DNA of 64,000 nt from Rickettsiales bacterium (GTDB lineage Bacteria > Pseudomonadota > Alphaproteobacteria > Rickettsiales > UBA998). Of this stretch, positions 7,738-17,077 are shown one piece after another; within the stretch, counting starts at the first letter, position 1, and each line of letters opens with the position of its first letter. The translations under genes and the position numbers were made by a program. The stretch covers positions 91,692 to 155,691 of the forward strand of contig JANQNR010000010.1 of NCBI GenBank assembly GCA_028279475.1, in the 5' to 3' direction. The notes below the pieces were generated by a model that saw nothing but the letters and a program-made list of their open reading frames with translations, made no database searches and was not told where the DNA came from.

Positions 7738-8904
7738 CTAGCCCTGCGCACCGGCAAGTTCTTTACGGCGCTCCTGCTCTTTCGGTGCATCCAGTGAACT
7801 GCGACTGATTGGACGGAAGGTAAAGGCATCTTCTGTCAGGTTTGGTGCCGGAACATCCGGCTCGGAAACAGGTGCTGCTTTCACAACTTCAGGCTGCTGC
7901 TTGGCAATCGGAGTCGGTTGATCGCTCGATGCTTCCGCCTTCGGTGCCGACTGCACTACCGTCTCTTCCTCTGCCACAGGCGCACTTGCATCCTGAGGCA
8001 CACCTTGCTCTTCTTCCTGACGTAGTTTTTCGACCCGTTCATTAATCCGTTCGATATTCAGTGTTTTCAGCAAATCTCGCACTTCCTGACGCGCAGCGAT
8101 GTGAGACATGGAGACTTTCACATTGGCATTGGCTTCCATAACGTCCAATACGGTCAGCCCTTGCAGAAACAATTCACGATAGATCACCCGCTCACTGAAT
8201 CCTGGTGCTGCACGAAACCCGATACGGCGAGACAGGTCGGTGGTGACCTTGGCCATAAAGCGCTTATTCTTGGCGTCAATATTACTCAGGCGGTTACGCA
8301 TCACAATCCAGTCAATCGAACCACCGTCACGCTTGGCACGCTGCAATTTCTGTTCCCAGACGATTTCACTGTAAATACTCGGCTTAATAATTTCCAGCGT
8401 CCGTCCATCTACCGACGCCAGCACGTCCAGATCAACAAAACTGTCATTGATGGGCGTAATAATCGTATCGGCGAAAGAATGCGCCAGACGCGACAGATAA
8501 GTATCGTTTCCAGGCGTATCGATCACTACAAAATCGCAACTTCCGTAAATCGTAGACAGTGCCTGTGCGAATCGCTCACGCTCATCGCGCTTGGCTTCTT
8601 CCTGAGAATCAAACGGACTTTTATTCACCACCGCATGCCGAGGCATCGGCAGCGATACGCCTTCCTTGGCGATGGTCTGGCGGCGATTTTCCACATAACG
8701 AGTCAGGGAACGCTGGCGAGAATCCAAATCAATACAACCAACAGAAAATCCCAGCCGCAGCAGCGATACAATCAGGTGCATCGTTGTCGTTGTTTTTCCA
8801 CATCCACCTTTTTCATTGCCGACGATGATGACATGCGCTTTGCCAAAATCTTTAGATAGTTGGCCTGACGTGGTTGTTTCCGCTTGTCCCAACGATTGCT
8901 CCAT
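7738..8904 (-). CDS. mipZ: Division-plane positioning ATPase MipZ (ParA superfamily) with a long acidic/Pro-Ala-rich C-terminal extension
   Basis: VIIVGNEKGGCGKTTTTMHL...IDLDSRQRSLTRYVENRR...VIDTPG...NDSFVDLDVL...VIYRELF matches Caulobacter MipZ almost motif for motif. The start at MEQSLGQ follows the SD gagggagag. About 100 residues follow the MipZ core. Confidence 0.85.
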   Translation of the reverse strand: MEQSLGQAETTTSGQLSKDFGKAHVIIVGNEKGGCGKTTTTMHLIVSLLRLGFSVGCIDLDSRQRSLTRYVENRRQTIAKEGVSLPMPRHAVVNKSPFDSQEEAKRDERERFAQALSTIYGSCDFVVIDTPGNDTYLSRLAHSFADTIITPINDSFVDLDVLASVDGRTLEIIKPSIYSEIVWEQKLQRAKRDGGSIDWIVMRNRLSNIDAKNKRFMAKVTTDLSRRIGFRAAPGFSERVIYRELFLQGLTVLDVMEANANVKVSMSHIAARQEVRDLLKTLNIERINERVEKLRQEEEQGVPQDASAPVAEEETVVQSAPKAEASSDQPTPIAKQQPEVVKAAPVSEPDVPAPNLTEDAFTFRPISRSSLDAPKEQERRKELAGAQG

Positions 8905-9028
8905 AGAAAAACTCTCCCTCAATGCCTGTCTGCATGGTTGCAATGAACGTGTTTACACTACTCCATCATCACGAAATGTAAATAGGGTTTTGCAAAAAAC
9001 GCGACCGAAGCCCTATGAAAGGCGAGTT

Positions 9029-9320
9029 GTATAGCACGTTGCGTTTATGATTGCGTGTTTTATACTCGTTCAACTTTAAAATTTCCTGTGAAATTTTGAA
9101 GTTGAAGGTCGAGTATAACCTCTAAAATATAGCAGTTTTTCAACGTAAGAACGTTCCTGAATAGGAAATTCTTACGTTGAACTGCTATACACGTCATCAT
9201 AAACGCAAAGTCGTGCTATACATCATATAATATATAGCAGTTCCTTGACTTTATGATAGGTGCTACCACCCAAAATACATAGAAGACGCAGGCAGTCATA
9301 AAGTCAAACTGCTATATAGG
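9029..9320. repeat. Composite AT-rich palindromic element, family R copy 1 (hairpin A plus two tatagcag...ctgctata hairpins within an outer stem)
   Basis: Hairpin A is tatactcg...cgagtata (9061-9117). Hairpin B is tatagcag...ctgctata (9128-9189). The outer IR is tatagcacgttgcgtttatga / tcataaacgcaa..cgtgctata. The third hairpin spans 9232-9318. A homologous unit lies at 46133-46266. Confidence 0.6.
9310..9318 (+). promoter_or_regulatory. Candidate extended -10 element (TGcTATATA) upstream of proC
   Basis: tgctatata lies ~80 nt upstream of the proC ATG and forms the right arm of a family R hairpin. I could not see a convincing -35. Confidence 0.3.
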
Positions 9321-9398
9321 GAGGGAACCGTTTTTCAGACTTGACGTGCCGCGCGTTATACCGTCTTGATCGAAATTCATTTCTTAAAAGGACTATGT

Positions 9399-10229
9399 AT
9401 GAATTCCCTGTTAATGATCGGATGCGGACATATGGGACAGGCAATGTTGACACGCTGGCTGGAAATGGATGTCCTACCGAAACAAGTAGTGGTAGTGAAA
9501 CCGTCCCCATTGCCGAATATGCTGGCGATGCAGGATAAAATTCACTGGCATGCTACACTCGATGAGGTGACCATGTCGCCCGCTGCCATTCTACTGGCCG
9601 TCAAACCTCAACATTTACCGGAATTATTGCCTGCCCTGGCACACCGGTTTGGTACGGCGCCACTCTATATTTCGATTGCCGCCGGATGCACGCTGGCATT
9701 CTATCGGCAGATGCTCGGCGATACGGTGCGGATCGTTCGTGCCATGCCTAATACGCCTGTGATGATTGGAGAAGGCATCACGACGCTAATCACTGCGATA
9801 CCATTGGATACTACCGAGCAACAACCATTGGATAACTGGTTCAATGCATTGGGTGATGTCTATTGGTTGGAAGATGAAACGCTTATGGATACAGCGACAG
9901 CCATCGCTGGAAGTGGTCCCGCCTATGTTTATCTGTTTATGGAGGCATTGGCGGCGGCAGGTACGACACATGGATTACCTGACGAGATGGCACTACAAAT
10001 GGCCATACAGACAGTACATGGCAGTGCCCAAATGGCGCAACAGCAGGCAACTTCCAAACATCCGCACATATTGACCGCTTTGCGTGAACAGGTGACCAGC
10101 AAAGGCGGCACGACTGCGGCAGCATTGCAACAACTGATGGATAATCCGACATTGTTTACCTTGATGGATCAGGCCGTACAGGCAGCGATTGACCGCGCAC
10201 GACGGCTCTCCACCGAAAGCCATCCATAA
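9399..10229 (+). CDS. proC: Pyrroline-5-carboxylate reductase
   Basis: The Rossmann start LLMIGCGHMGQAML is followed by AVKPQ, VRAMPNTPVMIGEG, GSGPAYVYLFMEAL and VTSKGGTTAAAL. The start at MNSLL follows an SD. Confidence 0.9.
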   Translation: MNSLLMIGCGHMGQAMLTRWLEMDVLPKQVVVVKPSPLPNMLAMQDKIHWHATLDEVTMSPAAILLAVKPQHLPELLPALAHRFGTAPLYISIAAGCTLAFYRQMLGDTVRIVRAMPNTPVMIGEGITTLITAIPLDTTEQQPLDNWFNALGDVYWLEDETLMDTATAIAGSGPAYVYLFMEALAAAGTTHGLPDEMALQMAIQTVHGSAQMAQQQATSKHPHILTALREQVTSKGGTTAAALQQLMDNPTLFTLMDQAVQAAIDRARRLSTESHP

Positions 10230-10375
10230 TGTAAGGATTCGCTTATATTATTGTGCGTTGCACAAAAGGGGTTGACAACACAATTAAAAGCCTCCATATT
10301 GCACTGCAATGTAGGTTGGGTTTTTGCCCCCTGCTCGCAATAATACTAAGTATGACGACAACAGGAGATATAGTC

Positions 10376-10795
10376 ATGGCAACAAAAAATACTGCTTCTG
10401 ATTTTTTCAAGAGCTTCTCTAATTACAACGTTCCAACCGTTGATTTTAATGAACTGTTCAATCTGGGACGCCGCAACCTGGAAGCATGCTCTGCTGCAAA
10501 TCAAGTAATCATTGAAGGTGCGCAGGCAGTTAACAAACGCGGCGCAGAAGTCTGCCAAAACAATGTAGAAAAATGCCTGAGCGCATCCCGCGATATTTTG
10601 AGCAGTGCATCACCGGAAGCCAATACGCAAAAGCAATCTGAAGTGACTAAGGATGTGCTGGAATCTTGCGTTAGCTCTGCACGCGAGATCACTGAAATGG
10701 TATCCAAATCAGCTTTTGAAGCGTTTGACGTAATCAACAAGCGTTGTGCCGAAGCCATGGACGAGGCAGCAAAGATCGCTAAAAAAGCAGCGTAA
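10376..10795 (+). CDS. Phasin family (PHA granule-associated) protein
   Basis: A ~140-aa helical protein. The N-terminal NELFNLGRRNLEACSAANQVIIEGAQAV and the overall composition are typical of alphaproteobacterial phasins. The SD aggaga lies before MATKN. Confidence 0.75.
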   Translation: MATKNTASDFFKSFSNYNVPTVDFNELFNLGRRNLEACSAANQVIIEGAQAVNKRGAEVCQNNVEKCLSASRDILSSASPEANTQKQSEVTKDVLESCVSSAREITEMVSKSAFEAFDVINKRCAEAMDEAAKIAKKAA

Positions 10796-10800
10796 CATTC

Positions 10801-10855
10801 GCGCCGACACCGGCGTTTTTTGAAAAGCGGGACGGGCTTCGTTCCGCTTTTTTTG
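10801..10855 (+). terminator. Two tandem rho-independent terminators after the phasin gene
   Basis: The first hairpin is cgccg-acac-cggcg plus T6. The second is agcgggac...gttccgct plus T8. Confidence 0.6.
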
Positions 10856-10960
10856 TTCACATGCTCCTATTGCTACTCTATGGTTGCAACAGTAGTGAAT
10901 GCATGCGCAACCTCTTACTATATATGCTGCATACACTCATCAAACAGCAGGAGAGCCCCT

Positions 10961-12166
10961 ATGTGTGCAGATATTGTCGTTCCATCCCTCGGTGAGTCAG
11001 TTAGTGAGGCCACCATTGCCAAATGGTTCAAACAACCGGGTGACGGTGTCAAGAAAGATGAGCCATTGGTGGAGTTGGAAACGGATAAGGTGTCCATGGA
11101 AGTCAACTCTCCGGCAGATGGTGTATTGGAGTCCATTGCTGTAGACGAAGATGCGACCGTCGAAGTCGGCGCTGTACTAGGACAGGTCAAAGAAGGGGCC
11201 GCACCGGAAACAACGGCATCCGAACCAGCACAAGAACAGGGTGCCGCTTACAGTGCTAGCGATGATCAAATAACCAGCAAAGCGGCCACCGAACAGACAG
11301 ATGGCCCGGCAGCGGCCAAACTACTGGCAGAAAACCCCGGATTAAGCCGTGAAATGATTCCTGCTTCCGGTAAGGATGGCCGTATTACTAAAGGCGATAT
11401 TCTTTCTGCGCTGAAATCCGGTGGTGCCACCACCAGCGCGGCGTCTACTGTTCCCATACCACGAGGTGAGCGTGAAGAGCGCGTTAAAATGTCAAAACTG
11501 CGCCAGGTCATTGCTAAGCGATTGAAAGAATCGCAAAGCACCGCCGCCATTTTGACCACCTTCAACGAAATTGACATGTCCAATGTCATCCAGTTGCGCT
11601 CCCAGTATAAGGAAGATTTTGAGAAAAAATTCGGTATCAAGCTCGGCTTTATGGGATTCTTTGTCAAAGCAGCAGTAACGGCATTAAAAGAGATTCCGGA
11701 AGTCAACGCACAGATTGATGGAAATGAAATTATCTATAAAAATTATTATGACATTGGGGTTGCCGTTGGTACTGAACAAGGTTTGGTCGTGCCGGTCATT
11801 CGTGATGCAGATGTGAAAACACTGTCTGAGATTGAAGCGGACATCGCTCAGAAAGCGGCACAGGCGCGGGAAGGTACCCTGGCAATGAAAGATTTGCAGG
11901 ACGGCACGTTTACCGTCTCAAACGGCGGCGTATATGGCTCGCTGATGTCAACGCCGATTATCAACCCGCCACAATCCGGTATCCTGGGCATGCATAAAAC
12001 CGAGCAACGCCCCGTAGTCGTCAACGGCGAAATAGTGATTCGTCCGATGATGTACGTCGCACTCTCCTATGACCATCGCATTATTGATGGCCGCGAATCC
12101 GTTACATTCCTGAAACGCATCAAAGAGTCAATCGAAGATCCGCGCCGCTTCCTGATTGGTTTGTAA
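10961..12166 (+). CDS. sucB: Dihydrolipoyllysine-residue succinyltransferase (E2 of 2-oxoglutarate dehydrogenase)
   Basis: The lipoyl domain is [44 protein letters not shown]. The catalytic C-terminus is [29 protein letters not shown]...[12 protein letters not shown]. The start at MCADI follows the SD aggaga. Confidence 0.9.
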   Translation: MCADIVVPSLGESVSEATIAKWFKQPGDGVKKDEPLVELETDKVSMEVNSPADGVLESIAVDEDATVEVGAVLGQVKEGAAPETTASEPAQEQGAAYSASDDQITSKAATEQTDGPAAAKLLAENPGLSREMIPASGKDGRITKGDILSALKSGGATTSAASTVPIPRGEREERVKMSKLRQVIAKRLKESQSTAAILTTFNEIDMSNVIQLRSQYKEDFEKKFGIKLGFMGFFVKAAVTALKEIPEVNAQIDGNEIIYKNYYDIGVAVGTEQGLVVPVIRDADVKTLSEIEADIAQKAAQAREGTLAMKDLQDGTFTVSNGGVYGSLMSTPIINPPQSGILGMHKTEQRPVVVNGEIVIRPMMYVALSYDHRIIDGRESVTFLKRIKESIEDPRRFLIGL

Positions 12167-12315
12167 CGTTAACTAACCATATCTTGTAATCCAGGCATCA
12201 GTTAAGGAAAAAATAACGCCTTTACGCTACCAATGGATGGAGAAGTCATTGCATTCTGTCCCTATGTATCTGAAATATATATGGTGACACTGTAATGAGT
12301 GGATCATAAAAAATA

Positions 12316-13971
12316 ATGGATATTATGAGTAACGACGAATCTCAGAAAGGAGCCCCTCCTCCTCCCCCTCCGCCACCGCGACCACCAGCGGGAGACAAGC
12401 CGTCATTTCCTCCTATGCAGCGACTATTTGAGGCCGACCATAAAGCTGCTTCAAAAACTGAAACAACGATTCAAGAAGGAGTGGAACGTCCTACCGTAAC
12501 TAGCGCACCGCCTCCGCCTCCACGCCCAGACATGCCCCCGACGAGGCCAGAATTGGGGAACGCTCCCCAACCTGCGCCGCAAGCTGCACCTACTACATCG
12601 CCACCATTGCCCCCTATGCCGGAAAAACCTCCGGCCGTCACCAGCGCGCCACCCCCGCCTCCGCCTGCTCGTGAACCAGTAGCAACAGCACCTTCTCCGG
12701 CATCGCCTCCGCCTCCACCAGAGGCTCCAGTCATGCCTGCACCTGTCCCGCCGCCACCTGAACCAGCGCCGGAACCTACACCACCTCCGCCACCTGCTGC
12801 TACCGCTGCCCCGCCGGCACCTCCCACAGAAAAAAGCGGCATGGCGATTACTCAGGCGGTATTTGATCAGGCTATCGCCCAGCATGTATTGTGGCTGGAC
12901 ACGGATGGAAAAGAAGGGCGGCGCGCCAATTTTTCCAATGTTTCGTTCGAGGGAATTGATTTCTCAGGTGCTAATTTACAGCAAGCAAATCTTCGAGGAT
13001 CCAATCTTCGCCTTTGCGATTTACGCGGTGCCATCATGATGGATGCAGATTTAACGGAGGCTACACTGGATCAATGTAATGCCGCCGGATCTGACTGGAG
13101 TCGGGTAAATCTTGCCTCTGCCAGCCTGAATAACACACTATTGGAAGACATTGTGCTCACACAAGCCAATGCATTGGGCGCCAATATTCATCAAGCGAAC
13201 CTGAAGGGGGCTCAACTGGAACGCATCGTATTGCGTAATGCCTCTCTGGTTGAGACGGATTTTAGTGGCGCCAATCTGAGTCATGCCACGTGTCGAAGTG
13301 CTGATTTTACGCATGCGCGCCTAAACGATGCAATCCTGCATCAGACGGACATGCGTGATACACATTGTAACGGCACTGATTTCACCAATGCACAACTGGA
13401 ACAAGCATCCTTTAAAAATGCCCATTTCCAGGATGTTCCCTTCACCGTCACGGACTTTACGGCAGCCAATGATATACCCGTACAGGGTCAAAACCAGGGC
13501 TTGCAAATGGAAAAAGAACATATTGCCCAGGAGAAAAGCGAGCTAAAGCGTATGGAAGGTGAAATCGAACAGCGTCAAAGTGAAGTCACAGAAATGAGGT
13601 TACAGTTAGAAGAACAGCGCAACCTCATTCTGTCATTAAAAGCAGATGAAACCGTCTATATCAGCGGCCTGACCAAATTGCGTACCCGGATGAGGCTGAT
13701 TCGCCTGATATGGATTGTATGCTCTTTATTGTTACTGGCGGTAACGGCGCTGACCGTGATGTCCTTGGATATTGACGCGTTGAATATGCTGGAGCTAGGG
13801 ATTGTACTGATCATTCCGGTAGCGATATTAACACTGGTCATGTTCAGCCTGGCACAAGTATCTGGAGCATTGCGCCGTATTGAACATCATTCGATGATTC
13901 GGGAACGTAAAATCGCGGCGCTGACGCAAAGCGGGGAAGCGGCCAATCCTTCGGTTGACCCGGCGGGATAA
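12316..13971 (+). CDS. Proline-rich, pentapeptide-repeat, coiled-coil protein with two C-terminal transmembrane helices
   Basis: Residues ~10-170 carry multiple polyproline tracts, including the duplicated VTSAPPPPP. The middle ~190 aa are pentapeptide repeats (ANLQQANLRGSNLRLCDLRGA...). A coiled coil follows (EKSELKRMEGEIEQRQSEVTEMRLQLEEQRN). Then come two hydrophobic helices. No signal peptide. Confidence 0.8.
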   Translation: MDIMSNDESQKGAPPPPPPPPRPPAGDKPSFPPMQRLFEADHKAASKTETTIQEGVERPTVTSAPPPPPRPDMPPTRPELGNAPQPAPQAAPTTSPPLPPMPEKPPAVTSAPPPPPPAREPVATAPSPASPPPPPEAPVMPAPVPPPPEPAPEPTPPPPPAATAAPPAPPTEKSGMAITQAVFDQAIAQHVLWLDTDGKEGRRANFSNVSFEGIDFSGANLQQANLRGSNLRLCDLRGAIMMDADLTEATLDQCNAAGSDWSRVNLASASLNNTLLEDIVLTQANALGANIHQANLKGAQLERIVLRNASLVETDFSGANLSHATCRSADFTHARLNDAILHQTDMRDTHCNGTDFTNAQLEQASFKNAHFQDVPFTVTDFTAANDIPVQGQNQGLQMEKEHIAQEKSELKRMEGEIEQRQSEVTEMRLQLEEQRNLILSLKADETVYISGLTKLRTRMRLIRLIWIVCSLLLLAVTALTVMSLDIDALNMLELGIVLIIPVAILTLVMFSLAQVSGALRRIEHHSMIRERKIAALTQSGEAANPSVDPAG

Positions 13972-14010
13972 TTGCTCTACACAGGGCAACCCACTTCATT
14001 ACAGATTTTT

Positions 14011-14568
14011 ATGACTCCGAAAGAACAACTGAAAAAACATATCTGCGTCTTCTGCGGCGCCCAAAATGCCGTACCGAAACAGCATCTGGAAGCAGGCCGT
14101 GCATTCGGCCAGGAAATGGCACAGCGAAAGCTGGGATTGGTCTATGGTGGTGGCGATTGCGGCGTCATGGGTGCCGTTGCGAATGCCGTATTGGAACACG
14201 GTGGCTGGGTCACCGGTGTATTTCCAGAAAACCTCCGCGCCATTGAAGAAGAGCATCAGCATCTGAATGAAACTATTCTGGTCGATGACATGCACTCCCG
14301 TAAACAGCTAATGTATAAGCGCTCGGAAATGTTCGTCATTTTTCCCGGCGGCTTCGGCACCATGGATGAAACCTTCGAAATCCTCACCTGGCGACAAATC
14401 GGCCTGCATGACAAGCCGGTGATTATTTTCAATCATGAGGGCTATTGGGATCATCTGGTAGCATTGTTTGATAATATCATTGATAACGGCTTTGCTACCC
14501 CCGAAACCCGTGACATCTATGAAGTAGTCGATACCATGGACGCCCTGCTGGAGCGGGTAGATCGTTAG
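14011..14568 (+). CDS. LOG family protein (cytokinin riboside 5'-monophosphate phosphoribohydrolase-like, TIGR00730-type)
   Basis: VFCGA, GLVYGGGDCGVMG, MHSRK and FPGGFGTMDETFE..TWRQIGLHDKP are LOG family signatures. Confidence 0.85.
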   Translation: MTPKEQLKKHICVFCGAQNAVPKQHLEAGRAFGQEMAQRKLGLVYGGGDCGVMGAVANAVLEHGGWVTGVFPENLRAIEEEHQHLNETILVDDMHSRKQLMYKRSEMFVIFPGGFGTMDETFEILTWRQIGLHDKPVIIFNHEGYWDHLVALFDNIIDNGFATPETRDIYEVVDTMDALLERVDR

Positions 14569-14579
14569 TAATAGCAGCT

Positions 14580-15392
14580 ATGTCAGTCCCTCCTCCTGAC
14601 ACTTCACTACCGCCAATCGACCAACTCATTTCCCTAATGCAGCAGCTGCGTGACCCGGAGCATGGTTGCCCCTGGGACAAGGAGCAAACCTTCGCTACTG
14701 TTGCCCCCTATACGCTGGAAGAAGCCTATGAGGTGGTGGATGCAATTGAACAGGGTGACATGGTCGCGCTACAATCCGAACTGGGAGATCTATTGTTACA
14801 GGTGATGTTCCATGCCCGCATGGCGGAAGAGGGAGGTCATTTCACCATTCATGACGTAGCGCGCGGCATTGTTGAAAAAATGATAACGCGGCACCCGCAT
14901 GTCTTCGGTGACGCCGATTACCCCGATGAAGCCTCGCATCGCCGCTTTTGGGAGACGCAGAAAGCACAAGAGCGGGCAGATGCCGGGCGCGTATCGGCAC
15001 TGGACGACATCCCTCTGGCATTGCCATCCCTGGTTCGGGCACAAAAACTGCAAAAGCGTGCAGCGCGGGTGGGATTTGACTGGGCGGATCGTGCGGACGT
15101 ACTGGCCAAAGTCAAAGAAGAGCTGATGGAGGTCACGGAGGCGATGGAAGAAAACAACCCGGCGCATCTGAAAGAGGAAATTGGTGACTTGCTATTCACA
15201 ATTGTCAATCTAGCACGTGCTTCTGGTATCAGTGCGGATGAGGCAATGTGCAAAGCCAACCGAAAATTTGACACTCGATTCCGTCATATGGAGTCGCATG
15301 CAACAGCCGAGGGCACCACGCTGGATCAGGAATCACTGGCACAACTGGAACAACGCTGGCAAGCCGCCAAGCAGTCAGGACAACAGGATTAA
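14580..15392 (+). CDS. mazG: Nucleoside triphosphate pyrophosphohydrolase MazG
   Basis: GCPWDKEQTF..LEEAYEV.DAIE, ELGDLLLQVMFHARMAEE and a second MazG repeat (EEIGDLLFTIVNLAR). Confidence 0.9.
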   Translation: MSVPPPDTSLPPIDQLISLMQQLRDPEHGCPWDKEQTFATVAPYTLEEAYEVVDAIEQGDMVALQSELGDLLLQVMFHARMAEEGGHFTIHDVARGIVEKMITRHPHVFGDADYPDEASHRRFWETQKAQERADAGRVSALDDIPLALPSLVRAQKLQKRAARVGFDWADRADVLAKVKEELMEVTEAMEENNPAHLKEEIGDLLFTIVNLARASGISADEAMCKANRKFDTRFRHMESHATAEGTTLDQESLAQLEQRWQAAKQSGQQD

Positions 15393-15511
15393 GAAGGTTT
15401 CTTCGGGCGGTGCAGACCCGGTTTGGGCGCTTGTTTGCGGCGTTTGAGGTTATCGCGCAAATGATCTTTCAATCGTTCTTTTCGGGTAGGAGGCGTGTTC
15501 TTTTGCATCAT
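15389..15511 (-). CDS. Possible small basic protein (40 aa) translationally coupled to pdxJ
   Basis: The ATG overlaps the pdxJ TGA (ATGA). The product is [40 protein letters not shown]. Too short for the ORF track, where it is embedded in a longer spurious ORF. It resembles short Arg/Lys-rich alphaproteobacterial peptides, but I cannot name a family. Confidence 0.35.
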   Translation of the reverse strand: MMQKNTPPTRKERLKDHLRDNLKRRKQAPKPGLHRPKKPS

Positions 15512-16227
15512 GAAGCCTCCTGGATGATATGTTTCATACGTGTGATAGCGGCGTCGAGTCCGACAAACATTGCTTCCCCCATCAGGAAATGACCAATATT
15601 CAATTCCACGATCTGAGGAACGGCGGCGATCAGCGGTGCGGTATCGTAATCCAGCCCATGGCCGCCATGGCATTCCAACCCCAACGCTTCCGCCTGCTGC
15701 GCCGATTCGCACAACGCTGCATGGATGGTCGCACGCGCATCCCCTTCTGCCAGGCAGTAATGCCCGGTATGGAACTCCACGCACGTTGCTCCTGCCCGCG
15801 CAGATGCGTCCACCTGCGTGATGGATGCTTCAATGAAGCAGGACACCCGAATACCCACTTCACGCAATGGCACGATAAAATCGGTCAGTCGCGCCTGCTG
15901 CCCGGCGACATCCAGCCCGCCCTCGGTGGTGAGCTCCTCGCGCTTTTCCGGCACCAGGCACACGGCGTGCGGGCGCAGTTCCAGAGCCAGCGCCTGCATC
16001 TCCTCGGTCGCGGCCATCTCAAAATTCACGGGGATGTCGAGACGCTCCTTTAGCGCGCGCATGTCGGCATCGCGGATATGGCGGCGGTCTTCGCGCAGGT
16101 GAGCAGTAATGCCGTCCGCCCCGGCGGCCTGCGCAGCCAGCGCCGCACGCACCGGACAGGGATGCACCCCACCTCGTGCATTACGCAACGTTGCCACATG
16201 GTCAATATTCACGCCGAGTCGGATCAT
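15508..16227 (-). CDS. pdxJ: Pyridoxine 5'-phosphate synthase
   Basis: [50 protein letters not shown] and NIGHFL.GEA are PdxJ motifs. Confidence 0.95.
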   Translation of the reverse strand: MIRLGVNIDHVATLRNARGGVHPCPVRAALAAQAAGADGITAHLREDRRHIRDADMRALKERLDIPVNFEMAATEEMQALALELRPHAVCLVPEKREELTTEGGLDVAGQQARLTDFIVPLREVGIRVSCFIEASITQVDASARAGATCVEFHTGHYCLAEGDARATIHAALCESAQQAEALGLECHGGHGLDYDTAPLIAAVPQIVELNIGHFLMGEAMFVGLDAAITRMKHIIQEAS

Positions 16228-16288
16228 GTTCCTTCCTTATTGCAATTCGTCACTTAAGGCCAAACCGCAGGCGTGATCTATCCAAAAT

Positions 16289-16395
16289 CCCTCCCCCCCG
16301 CCTGCGGGGGGAGGTTAGGAGGGGGGCTACTGCAACATTCAACATTGTTGATACAGCCCCCACCCTGTCCCTCCCCCGTAAACGGGGGAGGGGAC
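16289..16395. repeat. GC-rich double-hairpin element related in architecture to family P
   Basis: The hairpins cctcccccccgcctgcggggggagg and ccctcccccgtaaacgggggaggg flank the run pair aggaggggggct ... agcccccaccct. Confidence 0.55.
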
Positions 16396-16512
16396 TTAAG
16401 GCGCAAGCCCGCAATGACGAGAACAATTACCATACAACGCCCCTCGTATAACGCACACAAAAAAAACCACCCCAGGGGAGTGGTCGATCAGAGAACTATA
16501 ACAAAAAGCTGG

Positions 16513-16830
16513 CTAGGCTCCGTCTATTTTTCTCTCCGTGTGTTTAATGGTTAAGTCCTGCTGGTTAGATTCAGCAAGAAGCTTTTCGTAGGCCTCTTGC
16601 TGCTCTTGCAGCATTTTTGTGGCCTCGTCGTTAGCTTTACTAGCAACTTTGAGAGCTTGCCCTTTTTCCAGAAGAGCCCTCTCGTATTCACGAGACTGCT
16701 GAATTACTGCCCCCCCTCCGAGAGATACGCCGCTAAGCAAGGCTAACAATTTACCGCCCCATCCGTCTACGAAGGTGGAAGAACTCGCCAGAAGAAAGGC
16801 TACGCTAAAGCCTACAAAAAAGGGTTTCAT
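16513..16830 (-). CDS. Hypothetical exported coiled-coil protein (105 aa)
   Basis: The signal-like N-terminus MKPFFVGFSVAFLLASSS is followed by a helical Glu/Lys/Gln-rich segment. No family recognised. Confidence 0.55.
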   Translation of the reverse strand: MKPFFVGFSVAFLLASSSTFVDGWGGKLLALLSGVSLGGGAVIQQSREYERALLEKGQALKVASKANDEATKMLQEQQEAYEKLLAESNQQDLTIKHTERKIDGA

Positions 16831-17077
16831 AGGTTTTTACCCCATTATATACAAAACAACCTATTTTGCTTGTGTGACAAGCGTGAAGAAAGTGCAGGGA
16901 CATCCCCGCTCTTCCAATTCACAGCAACGGTGCCACCACTGCTTTACTCGTCATAAAATACAAACGAAAATAGATCAGTCTTCATCATAGCATTTTATTA
17001 ACCGGTGTTTCATGAAGATTGCGTGACAGCACAGCCATTGCATAATCTGTCCGTTCAATTGGATAAAGGGATAATAT

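Noticed and set aside
8101-8859. 252-aa plus-strand ORF
   Set aside because: It is the mirror frame of mipZ, whose product matches MipZ motif for motif.
9029-9320. Possible CRISPR array, given the clustered repeats
   Set aside because: The repeats are inverted (hairpin arms) and of unequal length, without regularly spaced unique spacers, and no cas genes are present. The region is better described as a composite palindromic element.
12451-12885. Gly/Arg/Trp-rich minus-strand ORFs (144 aa and 123 aa)
   Set aside because: They are simply the reverse complement of the CCN proline-codon runs of the 12316-13971 gene.
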